Part shown: piece by piece, positions 33,648 to 43,800 of the stretch | Numbering within the stretch: the stretch's first letter is position 1 | Layout: every line of letters starts with the position of its first letter | NCBI GenBank assembly: GCA_903907555.1 | Contig: CAIVOO010000080.1 | Span: forward strand, 1 to 49,353 | DNA from: an uncultured archaeon | GTDB taxonomy: Archaea > Nanobdellota > Nanobdellia > Woesearchaeales > CAIVOO01 | Direction: 5' to 3' | DNA: 49,353 bases | The notes under the pieces: model-generated | Seen by the model: the letters and a program-made list of their open reading frames with translations, nothing else | What the model was told of the DNA's origin: nothing | The model's database searches: none | Program-made: the position numbers and the translations under genes

Positions 33648-35399
33648 ATGAAAACATTCGAAACTTTCGAAGACGTTCTAAAAACTGTAGAATTTGAAGG
33701 AAAATTGCTTCCTGGATTCAGTGGAATCGGCAGGTTAAGAGGAAGGCAGGATTACAGCGAAGATGAAACAACAGTTCTGAATCATTTCTTTACAAATATC
33801 AATTCTAATGTTTATTGTGCTAAAGACACAATGCCTAATGAATTCTGGGCTTTGATTATGGGGCAGTATGCTAGAAGCAATCTCACAGCGAGAGACAGGC
33901 TCCTGGTTTTGTTTCAAGATATGGAAACTAAAAAGAAGGGAATTCCTGTTAGCGAAGTTGCTGCAGCAATAAAAAAACACGGCGACATAACAGAGCTTCT
34001 TGAAAAACACATGAAAGAAGCAGGCAAATTCATAGAGGAATATGGAATAGCTTATGGCCACGCATCGTTGAGAGATTCAGGAACTATCAGAATTTGTTTC
34101 GAAGGCGTAAGCCAGAGGATTACAAAATTCCTGGAAGCTGCGAGGGAAGGCGCATATCAGGAGCAATCAACAAGGGCCTTGCCATTCAAGGTTGAGCATC
34201 TCGGAATGCCTTACGAAATAAGAGGAACAGAATTTGAGAATGTAATGATGTCTATGGATTTGAAGCTTATCAAATTCTATGACAGGCTTTATTCTTCTTT
34301 AGTACAGCATCTGCACAAGAAATTTGCGCATTTGAGAGCTGCTGCTGACAAGGAAATAGCTGACAGGCTTGGCGGGGATGATATAAAACTCACTGACAGG
34401 GACTGGAACGGCATTATCGAAGCCAAAGCATTCGATGTTGCAAGATATCTGCTGCCACAGAACATGACAACATCCCTTGGCGTGACATTAAACACAAGAA
34501 GATTTCAAGATGTTTTGACAGAATGGCAGTCATCGCATTTGTGGGAGATGAGAATGGTTGGCAGGGCTGCGCAGATAGAATCGATGAAGATAAGCCCAGA
34601 GCTGATGAAGCATGGCAATCCATCACCTTATTTCATGAACCTGCGCGGAAATCTTGATGGCGTGTTCGCAAAGTATGCAGGAAGAAATACTGATTTTGAG
34701 TACACAAACGAGTATGTAAGTTCAGTTCTTATTGCTCACACCCAAGAACTTGAAGACTTTGTGCTTGCAAGCATACTGCTTAACGGTTCTGATGGAAGCA
34801 GGTCATTATTCGAGCTTAAGGACATTGTAAAAAGATTAGGCGCTGACGAGCGAAGGGAAATTGCTGAAGCAGCTGCCAAAGGAAAGGGAGAGCATGATAT
34901 TTTTAGCAAATCATTGGAGATTGGCTCATTAACATTTGAAAGGGTGTACGACATAGGAGCTTATAGAGACTTGCACAGGCAAAGGGGAGACAGGCAGCAG
35001 GTATCGCCTTACAGTGTTGTAGGTTATAGCATGCCTGTTGAAGTGGCTGAAGTCGGAATGGACAAAGAATTTGTAGCATCGGCTGAAGAAGTAAAGAAAC
35101 TTTATGATTACTTTGGTGCTAATGGATTAAGTCACGTCGGAGAATATGTTCCGATGATGGCAAACACGCTGCTTCACGTAGCAACAATGGATCCAGGCCA
35201 GCAGTTCTATCAGGCAAAATTAAGATGCCAGGCAGCTGGAATAGATTCTTACAGGACAATCTCATTGCAGGAGGTAGCGCAAACATTGGAAATAATGCCT
35301 TCATTCAAGGGATTAGTGCCTTATGATGCAACACCTAAATATGATTTGGGAAGGCTTCCAGAGAAAGTTGAAGGCATTGTGAGAAAGAACAAGAAATGA
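33648..35399 (+). CDS. thyX: FAD-dependent thymidylate synthase ThyX-like (long form)
   Basis: ARYLLPQNMTTSLGVTLNTRRF and YRDLHRQRGDRQ resemble ThyX core motifs. At 583 aa it is far longer than the ~220-250 aa canonical form. The neighbouring dCMP deaminase and tmk fit the assignment. Confidence 0.6.
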   Translation: MKTFETFEDVLKTVEFEGKLLPGFSGIGRLRGRQDYSEDETTVLNHFFTNINSNVYCAKDTMPNEFWALIMGQYARSNLTARDRLLVLFQDMETKKKGIPVSEVAAAIKKHGDITELLEKHMKEAGKFIEEYGIAYGHASLRDSGTIRICFEGVSQRITKFLEAAREGAYQEQSTRALPFKVEHLGMPYEIRGTEFENVMMSMDLKLIKFYDRLYSSLVQHLHKKFAHLRAAADKEIADRLGGDDIKLTDRDWNGIIEAKAFDVARYLLPQNMTTSLGVTLNTRRFQDVLTEWQSSHLWEMRMVGRAAQIESMKISPELMKHGNPSPYFMNLRGNLDGVFAKYAGRNTDFEYTNEYVSSVLIAHTQELEDFVLASILLNGSDGSRSLFELKDIVKRLGADERREIAEAAAKGKGEHDIFSKSLEIGSLTFERVYDIGAYRDLHRQRGDRQQVSPYSVVGYSMPVEVAEVGMDKEFVASAEEVKKLYDYFGANGLSHVGEYVPMMANTLLHVATMDPGQQFYQAKLRCQAAGIDSYRTISLQEVAQTLEIMPSFKGLVPYDATPKYDLGRLPEKVEGIVRKNKK

Positions 35400-36025
35400 A
35401 CAGGCATCCAGACTCTAGGCTGATTGTTTATGACGGGCAGAACTGCTGCGGCAAGACCACGCAGTTCCATTTGTCTTCTAAATATATTTATGACAAAGAC
35501 AGAAAATACAATGTCCTGCTGACAAGAGAGCCGACTTTTGGGAAGTACGGCTTGCAGATAAGGCAGGTTCTGGCAAGCGGGAAAGACCCATTTTCTGTCA
35601 GGGATGAATGTTTTGATTTGTTTGTGAAGGACAGGTTCGACCACATCGATAATCATATACTGCCTGCCCTTGAGAAGGGCTATATCGTGCTCTGCGACCG
35701 CTACATGTATTCAACATTGTCATTCCAGGGAGCGCAGGGTGTTGGTTTTGAGAAGATGATTCAGGCGCATGAAGGAGTCCTTGTTCCAGACTTGGTCCTG
35801 CTTTTTGATTTGCCCATAGAAATTGCGAATGAGAGGAGAAGAAAAAGGGGAGAGCTGATTAAGGTTACAGAAAATGAAAAGATACAGCCTGCTGTTGCCG
35901 AAAACTACAGGAAAATGCAGAGTTTACTACCTAACCATCCAATAAAAGTTATAGATGCTACACACTCAATTGAAAAGATATTTGAGGAAGTCAGAAACGA
36001 ATTAAACAAAGTCTTGCCTTACTAA
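35396..36025 (+). CDS. tmk: Thymidylate kinase
   Basis: P-loop DGQNCCGKTTQ, LLTREPT and DRYMYS motifs. ATGA overlap with the thyX-like gene. Confidence 0.85.
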   Translation: MNRHPDSRLIVYDGQNCCGKTTQFHLSSKYIYDKDRKYNVLLTREPTFGKYGLQIRQVLASGKDPFSVRDECFDLFVKDRFDHIDNHILPALEKGYIVLCDRYMYSTLSFQGAQGVGFEKMIQAHEGVLVPDLVLLFDLPIEIANERRRKRGELIKVTENEKIQPAVAENYRKMQSLLPNHPIKVIDATHSIEKIFEEVRNELNKVLPY

Positions 36026-36777
36026 TCAACATTCTGAACTCTAACCGCAATATTCAGCCCTGGCCATTGCTTTTTCATCATCTCAGCCATGTTTTCAAGG
36101 AATTCTTTGGAAGGCGGCTCTATTGGATTGTATTTCTCATCAACCAAAGGCACATTGTTCCTGAACTGCTGAAGCACCCAAGTACATTTTATGTATTTTA
36201 TTGCTTCAGCAATCTTGAGAAGGTCTTCTTTGGTGTAAACAAGCGTGGGAACTATTGTTGTCCTGATTTCTATCTGGACTTTGTTCTGAATCTCTTCAAG
36301 ATATTTCAGCGTATCCTTGATGCTTGCCAGTAGTTTCTCTGTGCTTCTGAAGAAAGTCTTTGACTTTGTGACTTCCTCAATCTCCAATCCAATCGGGCAT
36401 TTGACATCTACAGCAATAAAGTCAACAAGATTCTCCAGCATTAGAGATTTTAAAGTTTCAGGCTTCGCCCCGTTAGTTTCAATACCAACTAACAATCCAT
36501 TCTGCTTTGCCATTCTTGCTAATATTAATACAGCCTGCCTCTGCAATGAAGGCTCACCGCCTGTAAACAGCACCCCATCTATGAATTTCTTGTTCTCAAG
36601 CATACTGTTCTTTATCAGCATCAAATCAGTCTGATGCTCCTGCTTGAAGTCAAGATAGTTCTTCACATTGCAGAAAGGGCACTTGAAATCGCAGCCGGAC
36701 ATGAAAATAGTCATGCATCTCTTTCCAGGCCAGTCTGCATAGGATACTGATGTTATGCCCCCAATATACGCTTCCAT
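36022..36777 (-). CDS. Radical SAM activating enzyme (NrdG/PflA-like)
   Basis: SYADWPGKRCMTIFMSGCDFKCPFCNV and FTGGEPSLQ. Confidence 0.8.
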   Translation of the reverse strand: MEAYIGGITSVSYADWPGKRCMTIFMSGCDFKCPFCNVKNYLDFKQEHQTDLMLIKNSMLENKKFIDGVLFTGGEPSLQRQAVLILARMAKQNGLLVGIETNGAKPETLKSLMLENLVDFIAVDVKCPIGLEIEEVTKSKTFFRSTEKLLASIKDTLKYLEEIQNKVQIEIRTTIVPTLVYTKEDLLKIAEAIKYIKCTWVLQQFRNNVPLVDEKYNPIEPPSKEFLENMAEMMKKQWPGLNIAVRVQNVD

Positions 36778-36819
36778 ACGAAGAACTCTGGATTTAGGAT
36801 TTATAATGCTGTCGGAAAA

Positions 36820-37476
36820 TCACTTATTTTCTATTGTGCTTATAATATCGTCAACATCATCGACAAAGTACAGCAAATCTAAATCTTTCACATTGTTAAT
36901 GAAGAATTCTTGTTTCAATGGATTGTTTTTCAGCCAATCAAAGAGCCCTTTCCAGTATTTCTTATTCACGCAGATTATCGGCACCTTGTCAACAATTCCT
37001 GTCTGCATCAGCACAGCATATTCAAACAGTTCATTCAATGTTCCATATCCGCCTGGATAGAAAATTAATGCTTCGCTCTTTATAGACATTACAAATCTCC
37101 TGATAAATAAGAAGTCAAATGATAATGATTCTGTAAATATTGAATCCGATACTTTTTCTCCTTTCAGCAGCGCAGCTTTTAATCCGAAAGAAGGAGCTCC
37201 TGCTTCTGCAGCGCCAGAGTTCGCTGCATGCATTATTCCAGGGCCGCCACCGCTCACTATAGCGTATCCTTTTTTTCCCAATTCAAAGGCAACCTCTTTG
37301 CAATGCTTGTAATATTCACTCTCTTTCGAGACCATGTGAGAACCAAAAAATGTGATTATCTTCTTGTCAACTTTGTTCAATAGAGCCAATCCATCATTTA
37401 TTTCTTTCTGAACCTGGTTTATGGTCCAGTCTTTCTGCAAATACTGTTTATTCTTGTGAAGCTTGCTCATATGCAA
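36820..37476 (-). CDS. LOG-family (TIGR00730-type) protein
   Basis: SGGGPGIMHAAN and PGGYGTLNELFE motifs. Confidence 0.85.
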   Translation of the reverse strand: MHMSKLHKNKQYLQKDWTINQVQKEINDGLALLNKVDKKIITFFGSHMVSKESEYYKHCKEVAFELGKKGYAIVSGGGPGIMHAANSGAAEAGAPSFGLKAALLKGEKVSDSIFTESLSFDFLFIRRFVMSIKSEALIFYPGGYGTLNELFEYAVLMQTGIVDKVPIICVNKKYWKGLFDWLKNNPLKQEFFINNVKDLDLLYFVDDVDDIISTIENK

Positions 37477-37512
37477 AAGCTTTAAATTCTCTTTTATATA
37501 TAAAACCTATCT

Positions 37513-38538
37513 ATGCACCCTGCCATCCTGTTTGAGAAGAAGCCGAACAATATAGTCAGATGCACTGCCTGTAATCACTATTGTCTTATCAAGGAAAACA
37601 GCACAGGCATATGCGGTGTTAGAAAGAATATCAAAGGCGAATTATTCTTATTGGTTTATGGAAAGTCTTCTGGCTCTCATGTCGATCCTATGGAGAAGAA
37701 GCCATTATTCCATTTCCTGCCTGGAGAAAAGATTTTCTCATTCGGCACTGTCGGATGCAACTTCGGATGCGGGTTCTGCCAGAATTGGAATATTTCGCAG
37801 ATAACAAGGGGTGCGCAGAGTCAGAAAGAGTATGTTATTGACCAATATGGAGCTGACTTGTATCCTGAACAGATAATTGATTATTGCGTAAAGAATGAGA
37901 TAAAAGCTATTGCTTACACTTACAATGAGCCAACAATCTTTGTAGAATATGCTTTGGATGTGATGAAGCTGGCAAAGAAGCACAAGATAAAAAATGTTTT
38001 TGTAACCAACGGCTATGAATCAAAGGAATGCGTAGAACTCATAGCTCCTTATCTTGATGCAGCAAACATTGATTTGAAAGGCTTCACAGAGAAATTCTAC
38101 AGCAATCTGTGCAAGTCAAGGCTTAAGCCTGTGTTAGAAACAATTAAGCTGATGCACAAGAAAGGAATCTGGCTAGAATTGACTACATTGCTTATTCCTG
38201 GCGAAAATGATTCTGAGAAGGAGTTGAAAGAAATTGCAGAGTTCATAAAATCAGTTTCCCCATCAATTCCCTGGCACATAAGCGCTTTCCATCCTGATTT
38301 TGAGATGCTGGAGAAACAGCCGACAAAATTATCTTCATTAGAAACAGCTTACAACATAGGCAAGAAGGCAGGATTGAAGTTTGTCTACATAGGAAACATC
38401 ATATCAGACAAGTATGAGAACACTTACTGCCCGAAATGCAACGAACTTGTGATAAAGCGGATGGGTTATCAAGTGCAGAACTTCCTGAAGAACGGCAGAT
38501 GCAAATGCGGTGAGAAGATTGCAGGAGTGTGGAAATGA
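37513..38538 (+). CDS. amrS: AmmeMemoRadiSam system radical SAM enzyme
   Basis: CTACNHYC and CGVRKN at the N-terminus, plus the GCNFGCGFCQNW cluster. It sits immediately upstream of the MEMO- and AMMECR1-family genes. Confidence 0.85.
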   Translation: MHPAILFEKKPNNIVRCTACNHYCLIKENSTGICGVRKNIKGELFLLVYGKSSGSHVDPMEKKPLFHFLPGEKIFSFGTVGCNFGCGFCQNWNISQITRGAQSQKEYVIDQYGADLYPEQIIDYCVKNEIKAIAYTYNEPTIFVEYALDVMKLAKKHKIKNVFVTNGYESKECVELIAPYLDAANIDLKGFTEKFYSNLCKSRLKPVLETIKLMHKKGIWLELTTLLIPGENDSEKELKEIAEFIKSVSPSIPWHISAFHPDFEMLEKQPTKLSSLETAYNIGKKAGLKFVYIGNIISDKYENTYCPKCNELVIKRMGYQVQNFLKNGRCKCGEKIAGVWK

Positions 38539-39296
38539 TCAGAGAGCCGGCAGTTTCAGGAACTTTTTATCCTTCTGACAAGCACGAGCTTTCGCAAATG
38601 ATTGACAAGTTTTTGCTGGATGCAAAGCCTGTATTCAATGGAAAGCTCAAAGCAATAATAGTTCCTCATGCAGGTTACATCTATTCAGGCCCAATAGCAG
38701 CTTATGCTTACAAGCTGATAAAAGACTATAAGAAAATAATATTAATAGGCCCAAGCCATCAGGTTTACTTCTATGGAGCTGCTTATGATGAATCAGAATT
38801 CTGGCAGACTCCTTTAGGGAAAGTAAAGATTTACAGGCCAAACATTGATTCAGAGATTCTTGCTCCAATGGAAGCAGCTCATCTGCAGGAGCATTCTGTT
38901 GAAGTCCAGATACCTTTCCTGCAGAAAGTTTTGAAAGACTTCGAAATACTTCCAATAGTGACTGGTGAAGTAACTCCCAAAGAATTATCTGAAATTATAG
39001 TTCAGCTTTTGGATGAAAACACCTTGCTAATCATCAGTTCTGATTTAAGCCATTATCTGCCTTACAAAGAGGCGGTAGCGGCTGATTCTGTAACTTGCTC
39101 AGCAATAGCAAACAATAACCTGCCAGAATTCGCGAGCAAAGGCGATGCCTGCGGCAAAACAGGAATAGAAGTTGTTATGCACATTGCAAAGAAATTGGGT
39201 TGGAAATGTTCGCTGCTGAAATATGCAAACTCAGGAGATACTGCAGGAGACAAAAGGAGGGTTGTTGGATATGCCAGCTTCGCATACTTTAAGTAA
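38529..39296 (+). CDS. amrB: AmmeMemoRadiSam system protein B (MEMO1 family)
   Basis: REPAVSGTFYP, VPHAGYIYSG and SSDLSHY. Confidence 0.85.
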   Translation: MEMIREPAVSGTFYPSDKHELSQMIDKFLLDAKPVFNGKLKAIIVPHAGYIYSGPIAAYAYKLIKDYKKIILIGPSHQVYFYGAAYDESEFWQTPLGKVKIYRPNIDSEILAPMEAAHLQEHSVEVQIPFLQKVLKDFEILPIVTGEVTPKELSEIIVQLLDENTLLIISSDLSHYLPYKEAVAADSVTCSAIANNNLPEFASKGDACGKTGIEVVMHIAKKLGWKCSLLKYANSGDTAGDKRRVVGYASFAYFK

Positions 39297-39837
39297 AGAA
39301 GAGCAGAAATATCTTCTGAAACTTGCAAGAAATGCAATTGTTAAATTCCTTAACAAGGAAAAAACAGATTTTGAGAAGCCTCCTTACGAAATTCTTAATG
39401 AAAAGCGCGGAACATTTGTCACATTAACAATAAACAAGGAGCTTAGGGGATGCATTGGCAACATAATTCCTGCTTATACAATCCAGGAAGGAGTAATCAG
39501 AAATGCAATCAATGCAGCATTTAACGATACAAGATTCTTTCCTTTGGCAAAAGACGAATTAAAAGATGTTGAAATCGAAATATCCATACTTACCAAACCA
39601 GAGGATTTGAAATTCAAGGACTATAATGAGCTTTTGAAACTTTTGAAGCCGGAATATGGGGTTATTCTTGAGAATTCAGGATATTCTGCCGTATTCCTCC
39701 CGCAGGTATGGGAAGACTTGCCTGATAAGGAAGAATTTCTTTCGCATTTATCGATGAAAGCAGGACTTGATTCAGATGCATGGAAAGACAAGAAGACTAA
39801 AATAAAAATTTTCGAAGTGCAAGCATTTCATGAGTAG
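39271..39837 (+). CDS. amrA: AmmeMemoRadiSam system protein A (AMMECR1 family)
   Basis: LRGCIGNIIP motif. GGAGG lies 10 nt before ATG 39271, and the track start at 39223 is probably too far upstream. Confidence 0.85.
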   Translation: MPASHTLSKEEQKYLLKLARNAIVKFLNKEKTDFEKPPYEILNEKRGTFVTLTINKELRGCIGNIIPAYTIQEGVIRNAINAAFNDTRFFPLAKDELKDVEIEISILTKPEDLKFKDYNELLKLLKPEYGVILENSGYSAVFLPQVWEDLPDKEEFLSHLSMKAGLDSDAWKDKKTKIKIFEVQAFHE

Positions 39838-39894
39838 TGAATTTCACAGATTTGATTAAATGTTTCAATAAAAGAATTATTTACAATAGTAAAA

Positions 39895-39990
39895 TTATTG
39901 CTGCTGCTCCTCTGCCTTTGCAAAGTTTGCTAATGTAGTATTCTTCTTAACTGTCTCGTAACTTATTTTCTTGAACTTTTCCTTGCTCAT
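39895..39990 (-). CDS. Possible micro-ORF (31 aa)
   Basis: On the minus strand AGAGGTGTTT is directly followed by ATG; the peptide is MSKEKFKKISYETVKKNTTLANFAKAEEQQQ. The SD is the only support. Confidence 0.25.
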   Translation of the reverse strand: MSKEKFKKISYETVKKNTTLANFAKAEEQQQ

Positions 39991-40272
39991 AAACACCTCT
40001 TTTTCTTGACGAGAAAAAATTATGATGTCTGTGTATATAAACATCTCTAAAATTTAAAATATGTTTTGCATGATATATGTTTAAGGTTGTGATGTTCTGA
40101 TTATTTTATTGCAGTTATGAGTGAAAAAATTTTAACTTAGCAATGGTATTCATTTGTGAAAAATATTTTACAGAATATCATTCAAAGAATATATTATCAA
40201 CAACAATCATGTTTATATACCAATTGTCATTTCTAAATTCTCCGCGGGTTGTGCTTTTCAAAACTGAAAAAA

Positions 40273-40286
40273 CACAACAGGTTGTG
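40273..40286. promoter_or_regulatory. Palindrome upstream of nrdR-nrdJ (candidate NrdR box)
   Basis: CACAAC-ag-GTTGTG lies 38 nt before the nrdR start. A further GTTGTG occurs at 40248-40253, 33 bp upstream of the 3' half-site. The ends resemble the acaC...Gtgt NrdR-box consensus. Confidence 0.4.
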
Positions 40287-40323
40287 GTTTTAATCATTTT
40301 TTAGTGAAAATCGAGGTGTATGA

Positions 40324-40800
40324 GTGAAGTGCCCTTTTTGTAACAACGAAAACACGAAAGTTCTTGACAAAAGAGAGACTGATGACAGCAAACTGGTCAC
40401 AAGAAGAAGGCGAGAATGCACAGACTGTTCTAAAAGATTTACAACATATGAAAAAATAGAATCAAACGACTTGATAATAATCAAGAGGGATGGAAGGAGA
40501 GAGCCTTTCTCAAAAGAAAAAATTATGAAAGGATTCATGCGCGCCTGCGAAAAGCGCCCGATACAATCACAGGCGATAAACAAGGCTGTTGATGAAATAG
40601 AGCTTGAATTGCTGTGCAAAAAAGCAGGCGAGGTGCAGAGCAAGAAGATAGGCGAGCTTGTGATGAGCAAGCTTTTCCAGCTTGACAATGTAGCTTACAT
40701 AAGGTTCGCGTCTGTTTACAGGAAATTTGCTGATGTTAACGATTTCACTGAAGAAATAAAGAACCTGAAATCTATAAGAGTGAAAAATAAAATCAAATGA
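40324..40800 (+). CDS. nrdR: Transcriptional repressor NrdR
   Basis: Zinc ribbon CPFCNNENTKVLDKR...CTDCSKRFTTYE plus an ATP-cone. GTG start with GAGGTG 5 nt upstream. Confidence 0.9.
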   Translation: MKCPFCNNENTKVLDKRETDDSKLVTRRRRECTDCSKRFTTYEKIESNDLIIIKRDGRREPFSKEKIMKGFMRACEKRPIQSQAINKAVDEIELELLCKKAGEVQSKKIGELVMSKLFQLDNVAYIRFASVYRKFADVNDFTEEIKNLKSIRVKNKIK

Positions 40801-40801
40801 G

Positions 40802-43800
40802 GTGGAAATAGTGTCTGAGACCAAGTCAAAAACAGAGCATGCGGGGATGAATTTTCCAAGAAAGTTTACAACAGAAGGAAAAAATCCTTTGGAAGAGGTT
40901 GACTACGAAAAGAGAGACTGCGCAATCATAGAGCCTGACGGCAAGATTGTTTTCGAAATGAAAGGGATAGATGTTCCATCAACATGGTCTCAGCTGGCAG
41001 CAGACATCCTAATCTCAAAATATGTCAGGAAAGCAGGAGTTCCAGGAACCGGCAATGAAGTAAGCGCAAAGCAAGTTGTTTTCAGGATAGCTAACACAAT
41101 AAGAAAGTTTGGCGAAGAGCAGGGTTATTTCAAATCTACAGCTGATGCGCAGGCATTTGAAGACGAAGTCTTGCATCTGTTGATAAACCAGAAAGCAGCA
41201 TTCAATTCACCAGTGTGGTTCAACTGCGGATTGTTCCAGCAGTACGGGATAAAGGGCTCTGGCGGAAATTTCGCATTCGATTTCGAGAAGAACAAGATTA
41301 TCGAGACAGACAGCAGCTATGAAAGGCCTCAATGCTCTGCATGTTTCATTAATTCAGTGGGCGATGACTTGATGTCAATATTCGGATTGGTAAGGACAGA
41401 GGCCAAGCTTTTCAAGTACGGCTCTGGAACAGGAACCAATTTCTCAAAATTGCGCGGAAGGAATGAAAAGCTTTCCGGCGGGGGAAAATCATCAGGACTA
41501 ATGTCATTCCTCGAAGTATTTGACAGGGCTGCAGGCTCAATCAAATCAGGCGGAACAACTAGAAGGGCAGCGAAAATGGTATGCCTTGACATGGATCATC
41601 CTGAAATTGTTGATTTCATCAACTGGAAAGTCAAGGAAGAGAAAAAAGTAAAGGCATTGATAGATGCAGGCTATCCTTCAGATTTCAACGGCGAGGCTTA
41701 CAAGACAGTTGGCGGGCAGAATTCCAATAATTCTGTAAGAATAAGCGACGAATTCATGAACGCAGTTCTCTCAAACGGAAAATGGAAAACAAAAGCAAGA
41801 ACTGGCGGAGAAATCATGGGCGAATATGATGCCAAGGACTTGATGAGGCAGATATGCACAGCAGCCTGGCACTGCGCAGACCCAGGAGTGCAGTTCGATA
41901 CAATAATCAATGACTGGCACACCTGCTCGAACACAGACAAGATACGGGCTTCAAATCCGTGTTCAGAGTTTATGTTCATTGACGACAGCGCATGCAACTT
42001 AGCATCAATCAACCTTTTGAAATTTGTGGATGACGATGGAAACTTCCAGATAGATGATTTCAAGCATGCATGCAAGATTGTGACAACAGCCCAGGAAATA
42101 ATTGTTGATGCAGGCTCTTATCCAACAGAGTCGATTGCAAAAAACAGCCATGACTTTAGGCCTTTGGGGCTTGGTTATGCAAATTTAGGGACTATGCTGA
42201 TGATTAACGGAATTCCCTATGAGAGCGACAAGGCTTTTGCAATAGCAGGAGTCATAACTTCAGTAATGACTGCGACAGCTTACAAGACATCAGCTGAGCT
42301 GGCTTTGGTAAAAGGAACATTCAACGGATTCCAGAAAAACAGGGAGCCTATGCTCAGGGTAATGAACAAGCACAGGGATGCAGCATACAAGCTTGACATC
42401 AGGCTTTGCCCGAAAGACTTAATCAACGCAGCAAGAGAGGAATGGGACGAAGCAATCAGGCTGGGAGAGAAGCACGGCTATAGAAATGCGCAGACAACAC
42501 TGCTTGCTCCGACAGGAACAATAGGCTTGCTGATGGACTGCGACACTACAGGAATAGAGCCTGATTATGCAATTGTGAAATGGAAAAAGCTTGCTGGCGG
42601 AGGATATTTCAAGATTGTAAACCAGTCTATTCCAAGGGCACTGCAGAAGCTAGGATATTCAGACAAGCAGATTGAAGACATAATCTTCTATATTTTGGGC
42701 CACGGAACTATCGAGTCAGCCCCCCACATAAATCCTGACGCATTGAATAAGTTGGGATACACTGACAATGAGATAGTTGAGGCCGTAAAGGCTGTCAGAA
42801 AAACAAAAAAGATAGACGAGAATACGCCTTATGTAAGCACTAAAGCGCTGAATCAGAGAGGATTGACAGCAGAGCAGATAGAGCAGGCAAAATTATTTGT
42901 TGAAGGCGCAGGAACAATCGAAGGAGCTCCTCACTTGAAGGAAGAGCATGTTTCTGTATTCGACTGCGCAAGCAAGTGCGGCAAGGGAAAAAGATTCATC
43001 AGCCCTATGGGGCACGTGAAAATGATGGCAGCAGTCCAGCCGCATCTGTCAGGGGCAATATCAAAGACAGTCAATGTACCGAATGAGTCAACAGTTGATG
43101 ACATTGAAAAGATTTATTTCGAATCCTGGAAGATGGGATTGAAATCAGTCGCCCTTTACAGGGATGGATGCAAGCTTTCACAGCCATTGAACACATCATC
43201 AAGTTCATTGACAGAAAACAAGGAGAAGAAAGCATCAGCAGTTTTGGAGCTTCCTAAAGGAGTTCTTTTGAGAGGACAAAAGCTTTCAATGCCTCAGAGA
43301 AGAAAAGGGATAACAATTGCCTCTGAAATCAGCGGAAACAAGATTTTCCTCAGGACAGGAGAATATGATGATGGGAAGCTGGGAGAAATATTCATTGACA
43401 TGCACAAGGAGGGGGCAGCATTCAGGAGCATGATGAACTGCTTTGCAATTGCTGTATCTGTCGGACTGCAGTACGGAGTTCCGCTGACCAAATATGTGGA
43501 TGCATTCACATTTACAAGATTCGAGCCGAACGGATTCACAGACCATCCGAATGTAAGGACATGCACGTCAATAATCGACTTCATATTCCGCGTTCTCGGA
43601 ATGGAATATCTGGGAAGGACAGACTTTGTTCAGGTTAAGCCTGTGACAGCAAAGGCATCATTTGACGAGATTCCAGGAGAGGACTTGCTAACCAAGCAGA
43701 ATGCAAACGAGATACAGACGCAGCTTGCATCAATGATGGGAGATGCGCCAATCTGCAATGTATGCGGGCATGTGACAGTGAGAAATGGAGCCTGCTACAG

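Noticed and set aside
35321-35656. A 111-aa minus-strand ORF spanning the thyX/tmk junction
   Set aside because: It is antisense to two motif-supported genes coupled by an ATGA overlap.
40025-40050. gatgt-ctgtgtatataa-acatc considered as an additional NrdR box
   Set aside because: The half-site orientation (TGTG...ACA) is the inverse of the acaC...Gtgt consensus, and the match is mostly generic AT-rich sequence.
40290-40824. Minus-strand ORFs 40290..40688 and 40567..40824
   Set aside because: Both are antisense to nrdR, which has clear zinc-ribbon and ATP-cone sequence and an SD-led GTG start.
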